Source: Desulfobacterales bacterium (GTDB taxonomy: Bacteria; Desulfobacterota; Desulfobacteria; Desulfobacterales; UBA11574). Taken from it: 41,644 bases of DNA. Positions 9,811 to 18,307 of the stretch are shown here, one piece after another (position 1 is the stretch's first letter; every line of letters starts with the position of its first letter). Location of the stretch: contig JAQBBE010000052.1 in assembly GCA_032126435.1 (NCBI GenBank), positions 1 through 41,644 of the forward strand. Direction: 5' to 3'. A program made the position numbers and the translations under genes. Under the pieces are notes generated by a model that made no database searches, was not told the DNA's origin, and saw nothing but the letters and a program-made list of their open reading frames with translations.

Positions 9811-9891
9811 ATTACAAATAGAAATGGTTTGGGTTATTGGTATTTGGAATTTACGATTTGTTTGGAATTTGATGCTTGAGATTTGGGATTT
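9811..9891 (+). repeat. Heptamer-armed cassette, family B, shorter copy B2
   Basis: 9821-9891 matches 7371-7441 at 64/71 positions; preceded by ATTACAAA, a stub of the B1 left arm. Confidence 0.85.
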
Positions 9892-9905
9892 CAAAAAATT
9901 CTTAA

Positions 9906-10979
9906 ATGTTTATTAGTTCCGTTATGGATACACCCACTTTTAAAATATTCTCTTCAGCACCATCAATCCTCATCATTCTGATGGGGTCTATAGGAGATGT
10001 GGCGCGAGGTCTGTGCCTGGTGTCACATATTAAAAACAATCTGCCGGGAAGCAGGGTAACATGGCTTGTAGAGCCAACGTGCTCGGAAGTGGTCTGTCTA
10101 CACCCACGCATTGACAAAATGATCGTTTTTAACAGACCCAGACATATGTTAGGAATACGAGATCTGTATAAAGACTTATCCCGAGAACACTTCGACATCA
10201 CTCTGGATCTTCAGCGTCACTTAAAGAGCGGCTTTTTCTCGTTTCTTTCCGGAGCGAAAAGACGAATCGGCTTTAATCGCCGTAATTCAGGGGAATTTAA
10301 CTGGATCTTTAATAACGAATACATCCCCTATGTCAGCGATGAGCTTGAGTTGCCCAAATTGCATCATTATCTTAAATTTACAGAATACCTGGGGTTATCT
10401 GAGCCCGCATCCTTGGACTTCGGTTTTTCCTGCCTTGATGAAAAATCTAATCTGCCGGATATTGTTGCTAAAATAAGTAAACCCTTTATCGCTGTTGTAA
10501 TGGGATCATCCTGGGAATCTAAAGACTGGTTCTTTGAAGGATACTATCGACTGGTAAAAAATATTCTTTCTTCAATGAAAGAGGCGGTTGTACTGCTTGG
10601 TGACGGCTCACAAGTATCATCTGCAACAAAACTGTGCCAAAAAGTTGGCTCACATGAATTAATCAATCTTGTGGGAAAAACGTCGATTCCTGAACTTGTG
10701 GCCGTGCTTAAAGCCGCTGCTGCCGGTTTAGGACCGGATTCGGGGCCGGGTCATTTGGCAGCAGCGGTGGGAACTCCCTATGTGTCTCTTTTCGGTCCAA
10801 CACCTCCGAAACGGGCAGCGCCTTATAAATGTGAACACCTTGTCGTTCAATCCGGGGTAAGCTGTGTTTCCTGTTATAAAAAGAAATGCCCTGACCTCGA
10901 CAGATTATGTATGCAGCGTATCAGCGTTGAATCGGTCCAGGAAAAACTTTCTATAGCACTTGGAACTGTTGGTGACTAA
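9906..10979 (+). CDS. Glycosyltransferase family 9 (LPS heptosyltransferase-like)
   Basis: MGSIGDV, TWLVE, LDLQ, DSGPGHLAAAVGTPYVSLFGPT, C-terminal Cys cluster; start may be 9924. Confidence 0.9.
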   Translation: MFISSVMDTPTFKIFSSAPSILIILMGSIGDVARGLCLVSHIKNNLPGSRVTWLVEPTCSEVVCLHPRIDKMIVFNRPRHMLGIRDLYKDLSREHFDITLDLQRHLKSGFFSFLSGAKRRIGFNRRNSGEFNWIFNNEYIPYVSDELELPKLHHYLKFTEYLGLSEPASLDFGFSCLDEKSNLPDIVAKISKPFIAVVMGSSWESKDWFFEGYYRLVKNILSSMKEAVVLLGDGSQVSSATKLCQKVGSHELINLVGKTSIPELVAVLKAAAAGLGPDSGPGHLAAAVGTPYVSLFGPTPPKRAAPYKCEHLVVQSGVSCVSCYKKKCPDLDRLCMQRISVESVQEKLSIALGTVGD

Positions 10980-11056
10980 CCATCTGTCTTCCCTTTTGGC
11001 TGTCGATCTCCTATTTCCAATCGCAGCATAAGATACAAAACAAAAAGCCAAATAAA

Positions 11057-11271
11057 AACTTAGGGCTCTTCGCCCCAATTGGAATAATGGAATGATGGAG
11101 TAATGGAATGATGGGTTTGAAGGAGTTTTTTACAATTAAAATGGTTTATTTCCGCCCTTGCTCCCAATATTCCAGCATTTCAATATTCCATTCTTCCATT
11201 TTGATGGCATAAACAGGTTGCTATTGATAAACTGGTATTTTCGATAAGTTGTAGAATTTTCGAGACGTTTA
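11057..11271 (-). repeat. Octamer-armed intergenic repeat element, family A, copy A3 (inverted relative to A2)
   Basis: Reverse complement runs TAAACGTCTC...GGGGCGAAGAGCCCTAAGTT; octamer array TGGAATAA TGGAATGA TGGAGTAA TGGAATGA at 11080-11111. Confidence 0.9.
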
Positions 11272-11273
11272 TA

Positions 11274-12431
11274 TTAGCCTGTATTTCTCTTTATAAGTCC
11301 TTGGAGCCGACTTTTAATGAAGGATTTAAAAGCAATATCGTTTTCTCCAAAGGAAATCTCTATCCCGATGATAACCAAGGTGATGGGCCATTTTATTTTA
11401 TGAGCAATCCGGACATAATCTTTTTCTGTGGTAAAAATAAATTCTGCCGATAGATCCGTTGCTGATTTCACAATTTCATCAAGTTCTCTATCCGAATACG
11501 GGTGATGGTCCGGAAATCCTGAAAAATCTTCTATTTTACATTTAAAACTCTCAATTGTTCGGCGAAAATCATCATTGCTTGCTATCCCGGAAAAAGCAAA
11601 GACCCTCTTATTTCTAAAGATATCAAAATCGTACTTGGATGAAATAGTTGGCAGATCTCGTGATTGGGAACGGTTTCCGGTAACAATTTTATAAATATAT
11701 GGGGTATGAAATGAATGAAAAATCGGCGTTCTCGGAAAATGTTTTTTTATTTGATCCAAAGACGCCGGCTTCTCGATATTCGATCGGGTTAAAATCACAA
11801 CGTCTCCCCGCGACAACGCAGAAGCGGTTTCTCTTAGGGTGCCCCTAGGGAAAAGATAAGTATTGCCCAACGGGTTATTACTGTCTAAAAGCACCAGGTC
11901 TAAATCTCGATGGAGCTTTAAATGTTGAAATGCATCATCAAGCAGTAAAACATCCGGTTTAAATTCCTGTATCGCCAATATTCCGGCCTTAAAACGGTCT
12001 TTCCCAACAATAACAGGAACCGTTTTTAGTCTCTGGGCAACCATAAATGGCTCATCGCCTGCTGTATCCGGCCCCATACAAATTTTACGCCCGTCACATA
12101 CCACGCCACCAATTTTCTCTGCTTGGCCTTTATATCCCCTGCTGATAATTGCAACACCATACCCGAGATGCTTAATTAGCTCCGCGACATAAATCGTCAT
12201 AGGTGTTTTCCCCGACCCGCCAACCGTAAGGTTACCAATGGAAATAACCGGGCAAGGTAGTCTTTTTGACTGCAACAGACCTTTTTTGTAAAAAGTTTCC
12301 CTCAGCTTAACCGAACCGCCATAAGCAATTGATATTGCGAAGAGAAAGGATTCGAGGAACAGGGACCTGCTTTCGCCCCTATTAGTCATAATCGTTTCGA
12401 CTTTTTTCTTAACGTTTTCCAGAGTCGCCAT
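11274..12431 (-). CDS. lpxK: Tetraacyldisaccharide 4'-kinase
   Basis: SIGNLTVGGSGKTP, SRGY, GDEP, LDDAFQH, FPDHH, TTEKD; ATG at 12431 chosen. Confidence 0.96.
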   Translation of the reverse strand: MATLENVKKKVETIMTNRGESRSLFLESFLFAISIAYGGSVKLRETFYKKGLLQSKRLPCPVISIGNLTVGGSGKTPMTIYVAELIKHLGYGVAIISRGYKGQAEKIGGVVCDGRKICMGPDTAGDEPFMVAQRLKTVPVIVGKDRFKAGILAIQEFKPDVLLLDDAFQHLKLHRDLDLVLLDSNNPLGNTYLFPRGTLRETASALSRGDVVILTRSNIEKPASLDQIKKHFPRTPIFHSFHTPYIYKIVTGNRSQSRDLPTISSKYDFDIFRNKRVFAFSGIASNDDFRRTIESFKCKIEDFSGFPDHHPYSDRELDEIVKSATDLSAEFIFTTEKDYVRIAHKIKWPITLVIIGIEISFGENDIAFKSFIKSRLQGLIKRNTG

Positions 12432-12681
12432 TAATTTATCTCTATCTAACCCGAACACAAAAATTACCCTTTCATTGCCCGTAAAGAGCAAAACAACCGG
12501 CAACAAACTATATTAAGATGTTACTTTTCTATCACATATAATGTCTCCTATCAAGGAGGTATAAAACCAAAATCCGCCGCCTAATTTTTAATCAAGTCGT
12601 TTTATGCTACACAGAGTTTTTTTGAATAAACCAATAGAAAAGAAGGTAAAATCCTTGGTGGCAATCCCTCCAAAATAGCGC

Positions 12682-12710
12682 TTGACTTTAGTTACGGCTA
12701 AAAGTAACGT
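12682..12710 (+). promoter_or_regulatory. Putative sigma70 promoter for the methyltransferase-kinase pair
   Basis: TTGACT (12682-12687), 17-bp spacer, TAACGT (12705-12710). Confidence 0.45.
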
Positions 12711-12774
12711 TTTATTGGAGTGGGTTTCAATTATTATATAATGCCAGTACGAAAAACAAAGGAGAATAAAATCA

Positions 12775-13347
12775 ATGCCAACGTCTTTGGGGTTGCAAAA
12801 ATTCTTTGACGATATTCGATACCACAGGGAACGCTTCCGTCAATTCATCGGAATCTGTTTAGTCATCCTTTTCAGTGTTGCAGGTAAACCTGAGAAACTC
12901 CTGTTCTCTGCCGGTTCTGTGCTGGTTATCCTGGGTGTTGCATCACGAATGTGGGCATCGGGGCATATTAAAAAGAACAAGGCCCTTGCTACCGACGGTC
13001 CTTACTCCTATGTCAGACACCCCCTCTATGTGGGCAACCTTACTTTAGGATTTGGTTTTGCTCTTGCCTCTAGCCTATGGTGGAGCCTTCCCCTCTTTAT
13101 ATTGATGGTGCTTCTCTTTTACCCTCATGCCATCCGCCGTGAGGATGAAAAACTTAATCGTATGTTTAAAGAGAATTGGGAGCAATGGCGCAAAGAGACG
13201 CGAGCGCTTATTCCTCGCTTTACCCCCTACCAACCGCGACAACGCGGCGGCTGGTCATTCATGCAAAGCTTGCGGCAAAACGGTGAGCCCGTTATCGCCT
13301 TGTTTTTACTGTTTTTGCTTTACATCCTTTCCATGGGGCTCCAATGA
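12775..13347 (+). CDS. ICMT/PEMT-family integral membrane methyltransferase
   Basis: LATDGPYSYVRHPLYVG and REDEKL motifs, several TM segments, AAAGGAG RBS. Confidence 0.88.
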   Translation: MPTSLGLQKFFDDIRYHRERFRQFIGICLVILFSVAGKPEKLLFSAGSVLVILGVASRMWASGHIKKNKALATDGPYSYVRHPLYVGNLTLGFGFALASSLWWSLPLFILMVLLFYPHAIRREDEKLNRMFKENWEQWRKETRALIPRFTPYQPRQRGGWSFMQSLRQNGEPVIALFLLFLLYILSMGLQ

Positions 13348-13363
13348 GCCCACAATTACACCG

Positions 13364-14053
13364 ATGATCAGAGAAATAGAAAACATTACTGAAAGCGAAC
13401 TCCTTCAGTGGATCAGGTTGGGCGTCAAAACTGAGACGAACATTCTTAGCCACGGCTATCAGGGCTGTATCTACCTGTACGAATCCAAAGGCCAGCGTCT
13501 AGTCCTCAAGGCGCCTATAGGGTGGGGGTTAGGCAGATTCATCCGCACAGCGATGCTGCGTAGGGAATACAAAATCTACTCAAGGCTATCTGAAATACAG
13601 AATATACCTCGCTGTTACGGTCTCATAGATGGTCGCTATCTAGTGCTTGAATATATTGTCGGCATTCCAATAAAAAGTGCTCAACTTACAAATCGAAGTG
13701 AGTTTTTTGAAGATCTCTTGAATTTGATCAAAGAGCTGCACAAAACTGGAGTCGCACATACAGACCTTAAGAAAAAAGACAACCTTCTCGTTGTAAAAGG
13801 GAAGATGCCTTATATAATAGACTTTGGTGCTGCTGTTATCAGGAAGTCGGGTTTTGCGCCTTTAAACCACTGTCTGTATAATATTGCAAGTAAATTTGAT
13901 TTCAATGCCTGGGTGAAGTTGAAATATGACGGATATAAAAACGTGTCTGAAAAGGATAGAGAATACTACAACCGGACAGTCGTTGAAAAGATATCATGCT
14001 GGATCAAGGATATTTATTTGATACTGAAAAAATTATTGGTGTTGAACCGTTAG
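13364..14053 (+). CDS. RIO/Kdo-like protein-kinase-fold enzyme
   Basis: LSHGYQGCIY G-loop, VLK, LVLEY, HTDLKKKDNLLV, IIDFG; ATG at 13364 avoids overlap with the upstream gene. Confidence 0.82.
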   Translation: MIREIENITESELLQWIRLGVKTETNILSHGYQGCIYLYESKGQRLVLKAPIGWGLGRFIRTAMLRREYKIYSRLSEIQNIPRCYGLIDGRYLVLEYIVGIPIKSAQLTNRSEFFEDLLNLIKELHKTGVAHTDLKKKDNLLVVKGKMPYIIDFGAAVIRKSGFAPLNHCLYNIASKFDFNAWVKLKYDGYKNVSEKDREYYNRTVVEKISCWIKDIYLILKKLLVLNR

Positions 14054-14056
14054 GGT

Positions 14057-15133
14057 TTACTCAGCATTCAGCAAAGCAAGCAGACCGAAACATAATAAAA
14101 TAAAATTTGCAATCCATGCGGCAACAAAAGGAGTAAGCATCTCTCCATATCCAAGCGACAGGCAAAAGCTATAAAAAACCCAGTAAATAAAGACTATTCC
14201 GATACCGTAACATATACTAACGGACAGACTTTCCTTTCTCTTATCTCGACCCCCAACGCCTGTCCCCACCAAGCACATGATGAAACAGACAAAAGGCAAT
14301 GAGAGCTTAGCATACAGGTCTACTTTGTAGACAGAAGCATCGTATCCTTCGTTTTCAATATTCTTGATATACTCTGATAGCTCCAACAGATTCATTTCCT
14401 CCGACTTTTTAACCACCCTCTTTATATCCTCTGGCAAAAAATGGAACGGTTCCTCCCGCTCTTCATGGAATGCAACACGGTGGTTGTTGTTTTTTTTATC
14501 AAATTTTTGCTCAATAATTTCATAGAAAATCCATCGTCCTTTTTCGAAGACACCTTTTTTTGCGTCAATCCTTCGGGTTAATCTGAATTCATCATCGAAA
14601 AAATTAAGAGTGACCCCCAAAATAGTACTGTTTACAGGATTATAATATGTAATGTAGTATATGGCATGGTTATCCTTAATCCATATATTCTTTCCCTTAG
14701 ATACAACAGAAGATCTTTTCTTAACCTCTAAATTCCAGATCCTGTTGACCTTGCTTATTGTAATCGGCACAATCAACTCTGATAATAAAAAAATGAGAAT
14801 GCTTAAGAATAGTCCAATTGATACAACTGGCTTTAAAAGGTAATAGATACTTACACCGCTGCTTTTTAACGCGATGATCTCATTGTTCTTATTCATCAAG
14901 CCGAAAACAACAAGAATAGCCAGAAGAATGCCGACCGGCGCGAATTGTGCAACTATCGACGGTATCTTGAGATAAAAAAACCTTATAATTTTTGAAAATG
15001 GAAGGCCGGCTTCCATAAAATTATCTATTTTTTCAAAAAAATCGACCGCCAAATATATGCTGACCACAGTTGCAAGAAGAATACAAAAGTATTTTAATAT
15101 CTCCTTTGTCACATATTTTTCGATTAAGTACAT
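14057..15133 (-). CDS. lptG: LPS export ABC transporter permease LptG
   Basis: YjgP/YjgQ pattern (NNEIIALKSSGVS), downstream of lptF. Confidence 0.92.
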   Translation of the reverse strand: MYLIEKYVTKEILKYFCILLATVVSIYLAVDFFEKIDNFMEAGLPFSKIIRFFYLKIPSIVAQFAPVGILLAILVVFGLMNKNNEIIALKSSGVSIYYLLKPVVSIGLFLSILIFLLSELIVPITISKVNRIWNLEVKKRSSVVSKGKNIWIKDNHAIYYITYYNPVNSTILGVTLNFFDDEFRLTRRIDAKKGVFEKGRWIFYEIIEQKFDKKNNNHRVAFHEEREEPFHFLPEDIKRVVKKSEEMNLLELSEYIKNIENEGYDASVYKVDLYAKLSLPFVCFIMCLVGTGVGGRDKRKESLSVSICYGIGIVFIYWVFYSFCLSLGYGEMLTPFVAAWIANFILLCFGLLALLNAE

Positions 15134-15224
15134 ACCCCTAACAATTCGAAAATTTGGAATTTAGAAATCGGATGAAAATTTACTTAAAATGCCGCACCCC
15201 TCATTTTCTTTACTCTTCTATACG

Positions 15225-16409
15225 TTAAGCCCCTTCATATCCGGCCAATCGAGATTTAATCATTTTTATCAGATTCGCAATAGCATTGACCCTCAATTGA
15301 CGGTCATTGGCCGTTTTAACCAGAAGATACAGGCCTAAACCGCCCAGTACAATATTTGGAACCCACATTCCCATGATCGGAGGATAAGCGCCTGTTTCAC
15401 CAAAAACCAACCCTGCAGATAACAACATGTAATAAATCAAAAAGAAAATGAGGCCCAGCACCAGCCCAAAGGATCTTTTTGCAGATTTGGACTGTATACC
15501 TAATGGAACAGCCAGAAGTCCGAGGGCAAAACATGCAACTGGAATTGAAAACTTCTTATACAACTCCATTAACGCGTTATAATAATTAGCATCCTTTATA
15601 GTGCTATTATTCAAATATTGCCGCAATTCAGCAAGACCCATCTCCTTTCTGTGTTTAGTCCCTCGTTTCAATCTTGAAGCCGCATTTTTAATATCAAGGC
15701 GCACCTCGTAAGTTTCAAAATCAATGGAATTGGCCAGCCTATTCTTTAGATTAACTTGATATATGACGCCATTGTAAAGCAATAAATTATAAATGTGTTT
15801 GTCGGGTTCGCTGAAAAGCTTTCCCTTTGGTGCAACAACAGTGCTGACAATGTTTTGGGTCCTTTTATCTTCGATAAAAATATCCTGAAGTTCTTTGTTC
15901 TTAGGATTTATTTTGTTTACATAAAGCATAACGTCTTCAAAACTGTCATTGAATGTTCTATCTTTGAGTCCTATTTCGAGATTGGAAGAAACAACGCGGT
16001 ACGTCAATTCTTTGACCGATAGTCTTCCCCACGGCATTCCATAAGCTGTCATAAAAAATGTAAGCAAGCACCCTATTAGGCAAAATAAAACCACAGGCGG
16101 AAGTAACCCGTATATGCTCATGCCGCTGGTTTTTAATGCAACAATCTCATTATCACCGGATAATCGCAGGAAGGTAAGTAGAACCGCCATCATGATCGAC
16201 ATGGGTATAACAAAAGTGAGGAAATAAGGAGTGGAATACACAAATATTAGCAAGACGGTAAACACACCAACGCTGTAATTAATAACCATGTCGGCAATTT
16301 TAAGCATCTCAGCCATCAAAAATACAAAAGTAAAAAACATCAGATTGATGACAAAAGGAGGAATCATCTCTTTGAACACATATCTATATATAATGGAGTT
16401 GATTTTCAT
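15225..16409 (-). CDS. lptF: LPS export ABC transporter permease LptF
   Basis: MKINSIIYRYVFKEMIPPF, RLSGDNEIVALKTSG; start set at 16409. Confidence 0.92.
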   Translation of the reverse strand: MKINSIIYRYVFKEMIPPFVINLMFFTFVFLMAEMLKIADMVINYSVGVFTVLLIFVYSTPYFLTFVIPMSIMMAVLLTFLRLSGDNEIVALKTSGMSIYGLLPPVVLFCLIGCLLTFFMTAYGMPWGRLSVKELTYRVVSSNLEIGLKDRTFNDSFEDVMLYVNKINPKNKELQDIFIEDKRTQNIVSTVVAPKGKLFSEPDKHIYNLLLYNGVIYQVNLKNRLANSIDFETYEVRLDIKNAASRLKRGTKHRKEMGLAELRQYLNNSTIKDANYYNALMELYKKFSIPVACFALGLLAVPLGIQSKSAKRSFGLVLGLIFFLIYYMLLSAGLVFGETGAYPPIMGMWVPNIVLGGLGLYLLVKTANDRQLRVNAIANLIKMIKSRLAGYEGA

Positions 16410-16500
16410 AAAAATTTTGGGATTTTTTTTGCGATAATGAGATGTTACATAAGCATACCAATGGACATGGCGAGATTTTTTTTCAAAATTGCGATTTAAA

Positions 16501-18297
16501 TCATATGGAACAAGGCTTGCCGGCATGCTTTTTTGCGCTGAATTTTGATACCGCTTTTTCTGAATTGCCAGTGTTATATTGCATCTGGTAAAGCTTGTTA
16601 AATTCCCCCTTAAGTGCAATTAACTCATCATGTTTTCCCTCTTCCACAACTCGTCCGTTTACAATAACAATGATCCGGTGAGCATAGCTGATGGTAGATA
16701 GTCTGTGGGCAATGACAAATGTTGTTCGCCCTTTCATCAGATTCTCAAGGGCCTTTTGAACAAGCATCTCGGATTCTGTATCCAGTGAGGAGGTTGCTTC
16801 ATCAAGGATTAATATGGGAGCATCTTTCAGCAAAGCCCGGGCAATACAGATACGCTGCTTTTCTCCACCTGACAGCCGTCCGCCCAGTTCCCCGATGGTC
16901 GTATCAAATTTGTCCGGAAAACTTTGTATAAAATCATACGCATATGCAGCCTTTGCAGCGCGCTCAATTTCATCGTTAGATGCATTCTGGTTGCCATAAG
17001 CGATATTATTTCTGATAGTATCGTTGAAAAGGATTGGATCCTGAGTAACAATTGCAATCTGCTCACGGAGTGACGATATGGAACAATCCCGGATGTCCGT
17101 TCCGTCAATCAGGATAGCTCCTTTGCTGATGTCATAAAATCTCGGTATCAAATTAACAAGTGATGTCTTGCCGCCCCCGCTCATACCTACCAGAGCCAGA
17201 ATCTCTCCAGCTTTGGCATCGATGTTAATATCTTTTAAAACCATCTCTTTTTCATATTTGAAAAAGACGTTTTTAAATGTAACACTGTGAGGTCCCGGTT
17301 TTATTATAACAGGGTTCTTTTGTTCTCTGACTTCCGATTCCCTCTCAATGATATCAAAAACCCTGTCAGTAGCGGCAAGACCCTGTTGAATGGCATTATT
17401 AAGCTTACTTAAATTTTTAATCGGCGCATACAACAATAAAACAGCAGCAAGAAAGGAAATAAAGGTTCCCGTTGTATAATCTCCCGCAATTACTTTTGAT
17501 CCTCCATACCAGATGATTACGGCAGCCCCAACACCTCCCAAGAATAAATTGATGGGGCTCGATATCACTCTGGCCTTAACTTCCTTCATCTCAAGCCTTA
17601 AAAGCCTACGTGTCTTTTCAAAAAAACGCTTTTTTTCATAGGGCTCCATTCCGAAAGCCTTTACAATTTTGTTGCCTGCAAAGGTTTCGTGCAGAAAAGA
17701 ACTCATATCAGCCATGGCTTCCTGGCACCCTGTACTTACCCTGCGTACCTTCCTCCCAAATATTACAATAGGAAAAATGGAAATAGGCAGGACGATAAAT
17801 GCAATAAGTGCCAGTTCCCATATCTGGTAAAAAATGACCAAAGTCAGGCCCACTATGGTAAAACAGTCCCTGAGTGATCCTGTAACAGCAATAGAAACCA
17901 TTGCTTTAATAATATTAACATCATTGGTAACACGCGACATTAAAACGCCAGTCTTTTCTTCCTGAAAAAAAGAAAGGGAAAGATCTTGAATTCGGTTGTA
18001 TAGAATATTTCTAAGACGCCGTATGATGTTTTGCCCAACATAGCTCATTAAATATTCCTGCCCGTACATTGCGACGCTGCGGAAAAAATATACGATGATT
18101 ATTGCTGCGGGAATTAGTTTTAACATCCTGACATCTTTATTAATAAACACATCATCAATTACTGGTTTTAACAAATACGCCGCGGCTGCTGTTCCCGCAG
18201 ACATAATCAGCATGCACCCCATTGCCATAAACAGGATAAGCCAGCTGTCTTTAACCATGCCTATTAAACGTCTATGCCTGTCTTTTATTTTTATCAT
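16501..18297 (-). CDS. msbA: Lipid A export ABC transporter MsbA
   Basis: TM domain plus GMSGGGKT, LSGGEKQR, LDEATS; next to lpxB. Confidence 0.92.
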   Translation of the reverse strand: MIKIKDRHRRLIGMVKDSWLILFMAMGCMLIMSAGTAAAAYLLKPVIDDVFINKDVRMLKLIPAAIIIVYFFRSVAMYGQEYLMSYVGQNIIRRLRNILYNRIQDLSLSFFQEEKTGVLMSRVTNDVNIIKAMVSIAVTGSLRDCFTIVGLTLVIFYQIWELALIAFIVLPISIFPIVIFGRKVRRVSTGCQEAMADMSSFLHETFAGNKIVKAFGMEPYEKKRFFEKTRRLLRLEMKEVKARVISSPINLFLGGVGAAVIIWYGGSKVIAGDYTTGTFISFLAAVLLLYAPIKNLSKLNNAIQQGLAATDRVFDIIERESEVREQKNPVIIKPGPHSVTFKNVFFKYEKEMVLKDINIDAKAGEILALVGMSGGGKTSLVNLIPRFYDISKGAILIDGTDIRDCSISSLREQIAIVTQDPILFNDTIRNNIAYGNQNASNDEIERAAKAAYAYDFIQSFPDKFDTTIGELGGRLSGGEKQRICIARALLKDAPILILDEATSSLDTESEMLVQKALENLMKGRTTFVIAHRLSTISYAHRIIVIVNGRVVEEGKHDELIALKGEFNKLYQMQYNTGNSEKAVSKFSAKKHAGKPCSI

Positions 18298-18307
18298 TGG
18301 GTTTCGG

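Noticed and set aside
592-11271. Periodic repeats as a CRISPR array
   Set aside because: Units are 7-8 bp, degenerate and contiguous, with no unique spacers and no cas genes
13127-13363. N-terminal extension of the kinase ORF overlapping the methyltransferase
   Set aside because: Kinase motifs begin after ATG 13364 and the extension looks like off-frame sequence
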